Shown piece by piece: positions 8,924 through 16,165 of a stretch of 58,197 bases of DNA. The stretch comes from Patescibacteria group bacterium (GTDB taxonomy: Bacteria > Patescibacteriota > Patescibacteriia > UBA1558 > GWA2-36-10), in contig JBAYIQ010000005.1 of NCBI GenBank assembly GCA_041665545.1, forward strand, positions 1-58,197. The letters are read 5' to 3'. A program made the position numbers and the translations under genes. The notes beneath the pieces were generated by a model. That model was not told where the DNA came from. It saw nothing but the letters and a program-made list of their open reading frames with translations, and made no database searches. How positions within the stretch are numbered: the first letter of the stretch is position 1; each line of letters begins with the position of its first letter.

Positions 8924-10126
8924 TTAATTTAATTTATTTTGCCAATCTTTAATATAATTTTTATAGGCCTCAAGGTTTGTGTCCCCAATTGATTTTTGAG
9001 CGGGCATATCTAGGGTCATGGGATTTATTTTTGTCCCGTTTTTGACTATCTCATAATGCAAATGTGGGCCAGTAGACAAACCAGTGGATCCGACTTTGCC
9101 AATAGTCTGCCCCTGTTTTACTGCCTGTCCAACTTTTACCAAAATCTTACTCATGTGCCCGTAGTTTGTGCTATAGGTACTATTGTGCCTGATAGTTACC
9201 AAATTTCCATACCCCGCCCTACTCCAACCAGCACTTGTGACCACGCCATCACCTACTGTCTTGATCGGTGTGCCAAGAGCGGCCGCATAATCAATGGCTC
9301 GATGTCCGGTGCTGATATTGAAAGCCGAGATATATCGCTTACCGGTCGTGAAGCCCGAGCTGATGTAACGAAAGTCTACTGGATTTTTCAAAAATATTTT
9401 TTCTAGTGACTTACCTTCTGGATCATAGTAGCCATCAATCAGCTCATTATCATCGCCTGTCCCTTCATTATAATAAAATCCCTCCACGACTTTGCCATCA
9501 TTGACAAAGCGAGCAGCCATTACCTGACCCGGCATTACATACTGGCCATTTCTATAACGCTCCTCATAAATAAATTTATAAGTATCCCCCTGTCTGATGC
9601 CCATACCAAAATCAATGCTCCAAGCAAAAACATCAGCCAAGGCAATAATCGCCCGTTCATCAATACCTTGAGCCATAGCTGATTCATATAGTGAACTATC
9701 AATCGAGCCACTGACTGTCTTTATTTTTATTTCGTAATCAATCTTTTTTCTTTCAGATCTATAAGCGCCGTCAATCAAATCAATATATAGCTCTTCTTCT
9801 GAGCTAATAGCGTAAACCATTTGCCGTAACTCGCTGGTTTGCTTATCAAAGAAAAATTTTATCTCTTTACCAGCCCTGATGCTAGCCAAATCATAAATAT
9901 CTTTTGAGGCCGTAATCAAGCCATTGGTGGTGCTAGCTGATAGACCAGCATTTTCAGTAATGACTGAAAAAGTATCACCCGGATTGATAATCACCGACAC
10001 TTCTCTATACTTTGACTCTGGAGCTGGGCTTGAATCCTGGCTAAAAACGCTGTTTTTGGGTAAAAAATAAATAACGGCGCCAGCCGCCAAAAATATAAGG
10101 GCAATTATAATACTTTTTTTCAGCAT
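8924..10126 (-). CDS. M23 family metallopeptidase (LytM-like) with N-terminal TM anchor
   Basis: HxxxD...HLHYE zinc motif (GPHLHYEIVKNG). N-terminal hydrophobic anchor. Confidence 0.8.
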   Translation of the reverse strand: MLKKSIIIALIFLAAGAVIYFLPKNSVFSQDSSPAPESKYREVSVIINPGDTFSVITENAGLSASTTNGLITASKDIYDLASIRAGKEIKFFFDKQTSELRQMVYAISSEEELYIDLIDGAYRSERKKIDYEIKIKTVSGSIDSSLYESAMAQGIDERAIIALADVFAWSIDFGMGIRQGDTYKFIYEERYRNGQYVMPGQVMAARFVNDGKVVEGFYYNEGTGDDNELIDGYYDPEGKSLEKIFLKNPVDFRYISSGFTTGKRYISAFNISTGHRAIDYAAALGTPIKTVGDGVVTSAGWSRAGYGNLVTIRHNSTYSTNYGHMSKILVKVGQAVKQGQTIGKVGSTGLSTGPHLHYEIVKNGTKINPMTLDMPAQKSIGDTNLEAYKNYIKDWQNKLN

Positions 10127-10201
10127 ATACTATATTTTAATTAAATTATACGATTTTAGCAAACCCTATGAAAAGAGCTGGATATTATATATAATTATGC
10201 T

Positions 10202-11329
10202 ATGCGGAAAATAGGCCAAAAGCGACTAATAGTGTACCCCTTTTTGTTGGGTGCGGCTTTTATGCTGGCTAGTGATTTGCCTTTGGCACGCATTAGCTAC
10301 CCCAATGCCGACAGGACAAACCCCTCAAGCTCTACTCCGGAAAAAATATTACATTTAAAAAAACCCGACTACGTGCGGGGAATTTATCTGACTGCCTCAT
10401 CAGCCGGTAATGACAGCTACCGCCAAAAACTTATTGTTAATTTAAAAAAGGGCTACATCAATAGCGTGGTAATTGATATCAAAGATTATTCTGGCTACAT
10501 ACTTTATGATACTCAAGTTGCTGAAGTAAATGAAATCCAAGGAAAAAAAATAAGAATGGACGTCGACCAAGTAATTGATGATTTCCATGAGGTTGGAATA
10601 TACACCATAGCTCGTCAGACTGTTTTCCAAGATCCGGTTTTGGCGGAGGCCAAACCTGAGCTGGCTATGCACACCAAGGCAGGAAATATCTGGCGTGATA
10701 ACAAAAATTTGGCCTGGCTTGACCCTGGCAATGAAAAAGTGTGGGAATATAATTTGGCTATATCCCGCGAAGCAATACTTTTGGGTTTTGATGAAATTAA
10801 TTTTGACTACATGCGCTATCCCAGTGACGGCCCTATGTCTAGTCTGGACTACAACTTGCCACCCGAAAAACAAAAATACGATGTCATGAAAAGTTTTTAC
10901 CAATACTTATCCAAAAATATTTCTGGTCTGACGCCAATTTCTGTAGACATGTTTGGCTTGGTCATGGACAATGTCAAAGATAATTATGATTTAAATATTG
11001 GCCAACGCTTGATTGATGCCTTAGATTATTTTGATGACATTGACCCCATGATGTATGCTTCGCATTACCCCAAAAATTATTTGGGCTATGAAAACTCGGC
11101 CGAGCATCCGGGTGAAGTAGTCGCCTATGGACTAAAGATCAGTCAGGCCACCACTACCAATCGTCGAGCCAAAATCAGGCCTTGGTTGCAGGCCTTTTCT
11201 ATTGGTGCTGTCTATGACCAAGAAAAAATAAAAGCGCAAATCAGGGCCACTGAAGCAGCTACCAGCACTTCTGGCTGGCTATTTTGGAATGCCCGCAATG
11301 TTTATGCGGATTATATGTTTGTAGAATAA
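10202..11329 (+). CDS. Putative glycoside-hydrolase-like TIM-barrel protein (DUF4015/GHL-like), secreted
   Basis: N-terminal signal-like segment. The family assignment is from memory of motifs (IRGIYLT...VVIDIKDYSG) and is tentative. Confidence 0.4.
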   Translation: MRKIGQKRLIVYPFLLGAAFMLASDLPLARISYPNADRTNPSSSTPEKILHLKKPDYVRGIYLTASSAGNDSYRQKLIVNLKKGYINSVVIDIKDYSGYILYDTQVAEVNEIQGKKIRMDVDQVIDDFHEVGIYTIARQTVFQDPVLAEAKPELAMHTKAGNIWRDNKNLAWLDPGNEKVWEYNLAISREAILLGFDEINFDYMRYPSDGPMSSLDYNLPPEKQKYDVMKSFYQYLSKNISGLTPISVDMFGLVMDNVKDNYDLNIGQRLIDALDYFDDIDPMMYASHYPKNYLGYENSAEHPGEVVAYGLKISQATTTNRRAKIRPWLQAFSIGAVYDQEKIKAQIRATEAATSTSGWLFWNARNVYADYMFVE

Positions 11330-11331
11330 AA

Positions 11332-12087
11332 TTAGTCGCCTATTTCAATACCCACTGGACAATGATCTGAGCCCAAAACCTCATTTAAAATAAACGCTTG
11401 CTTTATTTTTTTTATAATATTTTTTGAGACACAAAAATAATCAATGCGCCAACCCACATTTCTGACCCTAGCTCCAGCCCGATAGCTCCACCAAGAGTAC
11501 TGAATTTTATTAGGATGAAGCATACGATACGTATCTTTGAAACCAGAGAAAAAAAATTTATCCATCCACGCTCGCTCTTGAGGACTGAAGCCAGCACTAT
11601 GAATATTTTCTTTTGGCCGAGCCAAATCAATTTCCTGATGAGCCACATTAAAATCGCCACAAACTATTAGTGGTTTTTTTGTGGCTAATTTTTTTAAATA
11701 GGCCAACAACTTGTCATTCCATTTTATTTTCCAAGGCAGACGCCTCAAATCATCTTGAGCATTAGGAAAATAAATATTTACTAAATAATATTTGCCGATA
11801 TCCAAAACCAATATTCTACCCTCATCATCCCATGATAATTTTGGCAGGGCTCTGGCCACCAAACCATCTCTGACCAAAATTGCTGTGCCACTATATCCTG
11901 GCCTTTCCGCTGGATTCCAAAACTCTTGATAGCCCGCAAAATCAAACTGCTCTTTGTCTCTGGCGCTATGTGATATTTTTATTTCCTGCAAACACAAAAA
12001 ATCGCTTTGGGATTTTTTTAGAAAACTAATAAATCCTTTTTTAACAATTGCCCTAATACCATTTACATTAAACGATAAAATTCGCAT
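11332..12087 (-). CDS. xth: Exodeoxyribonuclease III / AP endonuclease
   Basis: MRILSFNVNGIRA N-terminus typical of ExoIII. Start moved to the internal ATG at 12087 (M13 of the listed ORF), which abuts the E1 inverted repeat. Confidence 0.85.
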   Translation of the reverse strand: MRILSFNVNGIRAIVKKGFISFLKKSQSDFLCLQEIKISHSARDKEQFDFAGYQEFWNPAERPGYSGTAILVRDGLVARALPKLSWDDEGRILVLDIGKYYLVNIYFPNAQDDLRRLPWKIKWNDKLLAYLKKLATKKPLIVCGDFNVAHQEIDLARPKENIHSAGFSPQERAWMDKFFFSGFKDTYRMLHPNKIQYSWWSYRAGARVRNVGWRIDYFCVSKNIIKKIKQAFILNEVLGSDHCPVGIEIGD

Positions 12088-12195
12088 CCCGTTAGAAATT
12101 CTCTTTACACTTTTTTCTGCCATAAAATTAAATATACCCTATTATTTTACTGATGATTATACGGCCTGCTAAAATAAATTTCTAACGGGACGCAT
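12085..12195. repeat. E1: ~110-bp element with 15-16-bp terminal inverted repeats (gcatcccgttagaaat ... atttctaacgggacgc); left arm overlaps the xth ATG
   Basis: Seen directly. Same architecture as E2-E4. Confidence 0.6.
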
Positions 12196-12428
12196 AAAAA
12201 TTATTTTACTTTTTGTTGTCGCACTGTCAAACTACGCCGAATTATAAAATTCGAGGGGGTGCGGTAAGCAGGCCGTCCTTTTCTATTGCCAACTTTATGG
12301 TGCTGTTTCATGTTATAATTATAGCACATCATTGAATAATGACTCTATTACAGTAGCCAAGCGGGTTAATGAGATAGTGGCATTGACTTTATGTAATATA
12401 TATTGTAAAATCATCTGTGTTTAATTGA

Positions 12429-12478
12429 GCCGAAGTGGCCCGCCCGGCGCGCCAATGGCGCACCTTTGGCGGATGAGT
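12429..12478 (+). repeat. Partial duplicate of the tRNA-Leu 5' end (gccgaagtggc) followed by the GC-rich motif cccgcccggcgcgcc...tggcggatg
   Basis: An 11-nt match to tRNA-Leu positions 1-11. The motif is homologous to 13674..13715 upstream of GIY-YIG #2. Confidence 0.5.
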
Positions 12479-12542
12479 AGCTTGTTTCAATCAACTTTGG
12501 TTTAATTAAAAAAGCACGCTTAGAATTTATAATTTACTTTAA

Positions 12543-12629
12543 GCCGAAGTGGCGGAACTGGCAGACGCGCTGGACTCAAAATCCAGTGACCGCAAGGTCG
12601 TGGAGGTTCAAGTCCTCTCTTCGGTACCA
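12543..12629 (+). tRNA. tRNA-Leu (CAA), class II, CCA encoded
   Basis: Cloverleaf folded manually: acceptor gccgaag/cttcggt, anticodon loop cuCAAaa, long variable arm. Confidence 0.85.
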
Positions 12630-12718
12630 CTCGATTCGCCTTTTGCTTCGCAAAAGTCTCACTCGCGGTCTACGGTGCTTATCGCACCTCCGACCATTTC
12701 ACAATAAATAATCGAGTG
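12628..12718 (+). repeat. R1: ~91-bp element bounded by cactcgattc...gaatcgagtg inverted repeats, starting on the CA of the tRNA-Leu CCA end
   Basis: About 90% identical to R2 (13232..13323) and R3 (47629..47720, opposite strand). Internal hairpins cttttgc/gcaaaag and ggtgc/gcacc. Confidence 0.65.
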
Positions 12719-12796
12719 CCCTGCCATTCGGCCCTGAGGGGCCTCAGGCCCTGAACGGGAGCGAACGAAGTGAGTCGAAGGGCATAAACAATTTCA

Positions 12797-12813
12797 GGGC
12801 CGTTAGCTCAGTT
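12797..12813 (+). repeat. Partial duplicate (17 nt) of the tRNA-Ala 5' end, followed by a ~80-nt hairpin-containing insert
   Basis: gggccgttagctcagtt is identical to the first 17 nt of the tRNA-Ala at 12895. Confidence 0.55.
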
Positions 12814-12894
12814 TCGCCCACAGGGCGACCACCCAGTGGGTGGGGCTAGTCATGTTGATTTGCTCATTAAAGTTTTTACAAAAAATTATTCTTT

Positions 12895-12971
12895 GGGCCG
12901 TTAGCTCAGTTGGCTAGAGCGCTTCCATGGCATGGAAGAGGTCGCAGGTTCGACCCCTGTACGGTCCACCA
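12895..12971 (+). tRNA. tRNA-Ala (GGC), CCA encoded
   Basis: G3:U70 in the acceptor stem. Anticodon loop auGGCau. Confidence 0.85.
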
Positions 12972-13061
12972 TAAACCATTCGCTACGCTCAGGTTTATGG
13001 CACTGCCATTTTATTTAGGGCAGCGCCGTGAACTTGAGGAGCGTAAGCGACGAATAGTTCA

Positions 13062-13138
13062 CGGGGTGTGGCGCAGTTGGCTAGCGCGCACGCATGGGGT
13101 GCGTGAGGCCGGAGGTTCAAGTCCTCTCACCCCGACCA
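13062..13138 (+). tRNA. tRNA-Pro (GGG), CCA encoded
   Basis: C1:G72. Anticodon stem cacgc/gcgtg with loop auGGGgu. An upstream 9-bp hairpin (ccgtgaact/agttcacgg) overlaps the tRNA start. Confidence 0.8.
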
Positions 13139-13155
13139 ATTTATAAATTAATCGG

Positions 13156-13233
13156 GGCAGGGTAGCTCAGTTTGGTTAGAGCGTGGGACTCATAAGCCCG
13201 AGGTCGTGGGTTCGATCCCCACCCCTGCTACCA
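13156..13233 (+). tRNA. tRNA with CAT anticodon, elongator-type (Met, or Ile2 if lysidinylated), CCA encoded
   Basis: Loop cuCAUaa. C11:G24 in the D-stem. G1:U72 wobble. One mismatch at 31:39. Confidence 0.7.
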
Positions 13234-13323
13234 CTCGATTCGCCTTTTGCTCCGCAAAAGTCTCACTCGTGGTCTCCGGTGCTTATCGCACCTCCGACCA
13301 TTCTCCATATCATGAATCGAGTG
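13232..13323 (+). repeat. R2: second copy of the tRNA-3'-flanking inverted-repeat element
   Basis: cactcgattcgccttttgctccgcaaaag...catgaatcgagtg. Begins on the CA of the preceding tRNA. Confidence 0.65.
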
Positions 13324-13406
13324 TTCCGAGCGAAGTCGAGGGACATGAGATAAAGAGAAGCGCATCGAGGGACACGAGAAATCACCATTCTCCAAAAAAA
13401 AACGGT

Positions 13407-13652
13407 ATGAAAAAATTTTTCTTTTATTTTGCCCGATGTAACGATAATACCCTTTATGCTGGTTACACAAATAATATAAAAAATAGAGAAATAAAACACA
13501 ACGACGGTAAGGGCGCAAAATACACTAAATGTAGATTACCAATAAAAATAATATACTGGGAGAAATTTGATACCAGGATTGAAGCCATGAAACGGGAAGC
13601 ACAAGTAAAACGTTGGAGTAAAATAAAAAAAGAAAAATTAATAAAAAATTAA
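13407..13652 (+). CDS. Small GIY-YIG nuclease-superfamily protein (81 aa, YhbQ/UPF0213-like)
   Basis: FYFARCNDNTLYAGYTNN...KHNDGKGAKYT and a C-terminal RE...KRW helix. The 5' extension of the listed ORF overlaps a tRNA and R2 and was trimmed to the ATG at 13407. Confidence 0.75.
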   Translation: MKKFFFYFARCNDNTLYAGYTNNIKNREIKHNDGKGAKYTKCRLPIKIIYWEKFDTRIEAMKREAQVKRWSKIKKEKLIKN

Positions 13653-13653
13653 A

Positions 13654-13715
13654 TTTTTTACGACGCGGGGTAGCCCGCCCGGCACGCCTACGGCGAAGCC
13701 GTGGCGGACGGGAGC
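13654..13715 (+). repeat. 20-nt duplicate of the tRNA-fMet 5' end plus upstream T-run (ttttttacgacgcggggtag), followed by a GC-rich motif leading into GIY-YIG #2
   Basis: Exact 20-nt match to 13987..14006. Motif cccgcccggcacgcctacggcg...gtggcggacgg is homologous to 12440..12478. Confidence 0.6.
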
Positions 13716-13730
13716 AGTACCACACTGAAT

Positions 13731-13985
13731 ATGCATATGAAAATATTACTTTTTTATACTTATGTCCTAAAAAGTAAAAAAGATAACAAATTGTATGTTG
13801 GATATACCGATAATCTAAACAAAAGAATCCAAAAACATAATGATGGAAAAGTTGAATCAACAAAAAATAGAAGACCATTTACATTATTATATTTTGAAGC
13901 TTGCCTAGATAAGTATAAAGCAATAAAAAGAGAAAAATATTTTAAAACGGGCTTTGGTAGGAGATTTTTAAAAAGTAGGATATAA
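13731..13985 (+). CDS. Small GIY-YIG nuclease-superfamily protein #2 (~84 aa)
   Basis: YTYVLKSKKDNKLYVGYTDNLNKRIQKHNDGK. About 45% identical to #1. The listed ORF starts at GTG 13701; ATG 13731 or 13737 is more plausible. Confidence 0.75.
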   Translation: MHMKILLFYTYVLKSKKDNKLYVGYTDNLNKRIQKHNDGKVESTKNRRPFTLLYFEACLDKYKAIKREKYFKTGFGRRFLKSRI

Positions 13986-13996
13986 TATTTTTTACG

Positions 13997-14073
13997 ACGC
14001 GGGGTAGAGCAGTTGGCAGCTCGCCAGGCCCATAACCTGGAGGTCGCCGGTTCGAGTCCGGCCCCCGCTACCA
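13997..14073 (+). tRNA. tRNA-Met (CAT), initiator-like, CCA encoded
   Basis: Unpaired C1xU72, A11:U24 and loop ccCAUaa. The anticodon stem has only two of the three canonical G:C pairs. Confidence 0.7.
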
Positions 14074-14117
14074 ATTTATACAATCCGAGGTAGCTCAGTG
14101 GTAGAGCAGTTGGCTGT

Positions 14118-14703
14118 ACATTTACATCGTGTATGTGGTATACTTATTGATGTATGCCAGATACAAGAAAATATGTCGATCGTGCTGAGTATTTAAAACA
14201 AGCAGTTGCTAAACGTCGTAAAGATGTGAAAATAATGCTTGTAAAATATAAGGGCGGTAAGTGTAAGACTTGTGGCTATAAAAAATCCGTAGAAGCTCTT
14301 GAGTTCCATCATATAAATGAAAGAAAAAAGAAGTTTGGAATTTCTGGGCAAGGATTAACTAGATCTTGGAAAAGTGTAAAGCAGGAAGCTGATAAATGCA
14401 TCTTGCTTTGCGCAAATTGCCACAGGGAATTGCACGCAAAATAGTGCAGCTTCCTCAAGTAATTGAGGTTGACAAACGGGGTGAACTGTCCCGCAAAACG
14501 GGAGCCCGCCAAAGGCGGTGCCGGGAAGCCTAAGTCTAAAAGATATGGTAATCCGCAGCCAAGCCCTGAACCAGATGGTTCAGGGAAGGTTCAGAGACTA
14601 TCCGAAAGGAGTAGGCAGTATTTACTAGCCGAAGCGCCCCGCATCCTAAAAAATTATAGGATGATGATATAGTCCATCCCTTTAGGAAACTTAAGGATCG
14701 ATG
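14118..14703 (+). mobile_element. Group I intron (IC3-like) in the tRNA anticodon loop, carrying an HNH ORF
   Basis: By eye, matches conserved group I segments of the Anabaena tRNA-Leu and Azoarcus tRNA-Ile introns as recalled (atatggtaatccgcagccaagccct, agagacta, gacaaacggggtgaa). The 5' exon ends in U and the intron ends in G. Confidence 0.65.
14154..14444 (+). CDS. HNH homing-endonuclease-like protein (96 aa), intron-encoded
   Basis: CKTCGY...EFHHINERKK...CANCHRELH: HNH motif with zinc-binding Cys pairs. Confidence 0.75.
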   Translation: MPDTRKYVDRAEYLKQAVAKRRKDVKIMLVKYKGGKCKTCGYKKSVEALEFHHINERKKKFGISGQGLTRSWKSVKQEADKCILLCANCHRELHAK

Positions 14704-14907
14704 TAACCAATTGGTCGTGGGTTCAAATCCCTCCCTCGGAGCCATTAAAAAAATATCAACTTCTGTTGGTATTTTTTTAATCTTGGCAACACCTCCTTTT
14801 AGTCGGAAAAATTATTTATTCATTCCAAATTTTATGCCGAAGCCAAATAAAAAACCATCCTGAGTGTAAGTCGAAGGATGATTTTTTATTTTTAGTCGAT
14901 AAGTAAT

Positions 14908-15264
14908 TTACTTATCTTGTTCGTCAAGTTTGACAGCGGCTTCAGGGGTGGTAACTGATTTACTCATAACTAGGCCTTTGATAATTGCCCAGGCAATCAG
15001 CCAGTATACCAGCATAGCAAGCAAGGTTGTCCATTCCATCACGCTACCTTCCACGCGTGATATTCTGAAAACACTTAGGAATGGCCCGGCAAAAGGTGTA
15101 GTAACAACGTAAATAAAATGAGAAAAACCGGCTACTGGATTTGCGCCCAAAAATTTAAGCACAAAACGGAAGGCCAGTAAAACTTCAATGATCCCTAAAA
15201 TATACCAAACAACTTGCGTAATACGGAAAAGGGGCTTGGTACGAGGAGAATTAATTGCATCCAT
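14908..15264 (-). CDS. YggT-family small membrane protein
   Basis: FRFVLKFLGANP...PFAGPFL motif pattern typical of YggT/Ycf19. Start trimmed to MDAINS. Confidence 0.55.
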   Translation of the reverse strand: MDAINSPRTKPLFRITQVVWYILGIIEVLLAFRFVLKFLGANPVAGFSHFIYVVTTPFAGPFLSVFRISRVEGSVMEWTTLLAMLVYWLIAWAIIKGLVMSKSVTTPEAAVKLDEQDK

Positions 15265-15345
15265 AATATTTTTATTAATAATAATTATAATAAAAACCAA
15301 AGAACAATACTAAATTTAAAAAAATTTTAATTTTACTACCAAGGG

Positions 15346-15498
15346 CTATTTAAGAGGATTTCTCCCTTGAATAACGCGAATCAAAAAGAAGATGACTGCT
15401 ATCACTAATAGCAGATGAATAAACCCACCAAAAACAAAATGGGTTATTATACCAAGTAACCAAAGAACAATTAGGATAATGGCAATTGTATAAAGCAT
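15346..15498 (-). CDS. Possible small membrane protein (50 aa), not in the ORF table
   Basis: Read by hand: MLYTIAIILIVLWLLGIITHFVFGGFIHLLLVIAVIFFLIRVIQGRNPLK. Two hydrophobic helices. Confidence 0.3.
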   Translation of the reverse strand: MLYTIAIILIVLWLLGIITHFVFGGFIHLLLVIAVIFFLIRVIQGRNPLK

Positions 15499-15603
15499 AA
15501 TATATTATTAATGATTAGTAGTCGCTTATCTAGCTTGAGTATAGCGCACATCGATTTATAAAGCTACTAATGTCAATAAGCAGAAATAATTGGCAAACAA
15601 AAA

Positions 15604-15630
15604 ACCCCGCTAAATGCGGAGTCTTATTTT
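15604..15630 (-). terminator. Rho-independent terminator after ORF 15631..16044
   Basis: Minus-strand RNA ctccgc-attta-gcgggg followed by ttttt. Confidence 0.5.
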
Positions 15631-16044
15631 TTATGAAATTGGTGCGGCTGGAGGTGGTGGGGTCATTGGTGGTAAATTTGTTGGCGCTTGATTTTCAATA
15701 ATCACTGGGTCGGCAAATTTCCACCAAGCAATCATATATAGCAATAATAAAATCAAACCAACTAACATAGCTTTGCCAATATTTGAAATATCTCCAAAAT
15801 TTTCTCCCAACAAATGCAGAATAACTACATCGGAAGCAAACAAGAAGCCCAGACTAATTGAATAAACGTGGGAGACCAACATGCCAATCATAATGTAAAC
15901 ACCGCCAAAAATCATTAATGCTCCCCAGTAGTCAAATGCCTCGGTATTACGTAAATAGGTAGCTGTAAAATAAGCCAAGGCCACACTAAACAAAAATATA
16001 ATCATGCCAAAAACTATCTTGATTGTAGCATTTTTATTCATCAT
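15631..16044 (-). CDS. Hypothetical polytopic membrane protein with Pro-rich C-terminus
   Basis: Four hydrophobic helices. C-terminus PPMTPPPPAAPIS. Confidence 0.5.
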   Translation of the reverse strand: MMNKNATIKIVFGMIIFLFSVALAYFTATYLRNTEAFDYWGALMIFGGVYIMIGMLVSHVYSISLGFLFASDVVILHLLGENFGDISNIGKAMLVGLILLLLYMIAWWKFADPVIIENQAPTNLPPMTPPPPAAPIS

Positions 16045-16165
16045 GATAATTTATCCTTTAATTTATAAATTGAAACAACAATAGCCACCACTAGACCAAA
16101 GGCAGCCGCCACAATCCTAGCCAGTTCACTCAACTCCCACAGACGTGAATACACTAACAGCAAAG

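Larger units (their letters stand above)
14084..14744 (+). tRNA. Split tRNA, most consistent with tRNA-Asn (GUU); exons 14084..14117 and 14704..14744, CCA encoded
   Basis: The two halves form a 75-nt cloverleaf: acceptor tccgagg/cctcgga, G73 discriminator, short variable loop. If the intron follows U35 and ends in G, the loop is cuGUUaa. Confidence 0.6.

Noticed and set aside
12910-13146. 78-aa plus-strand ORF spanning tRNA-Ala and tRNA-Pro
   Set aside because: Overlaps two well-folded tRNA genes. An artefact of alternative-start ORF calling.
13206-13406. N-terminal 67-aa extension of the listed GIY-YIG ORF 13206..13652
   Set aside because: The extension overlaps the 3' end of a tRNA and the R2 repeat. 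The GIY-YIG domain begins at the internal ATG 13407, matching paralog #2.
14084-14744. Reading the split tRNA as tRNA-Tyr (GUA)
   Set aside because: It would need the 5' exon to end in A, whereas group I introns splice after U. It would also need a class II long variable arm, as bacterial tRNA-Tyr has; only a 5-nt variable loop is present. G73 and the UCC-initial acceptor fit Asn.
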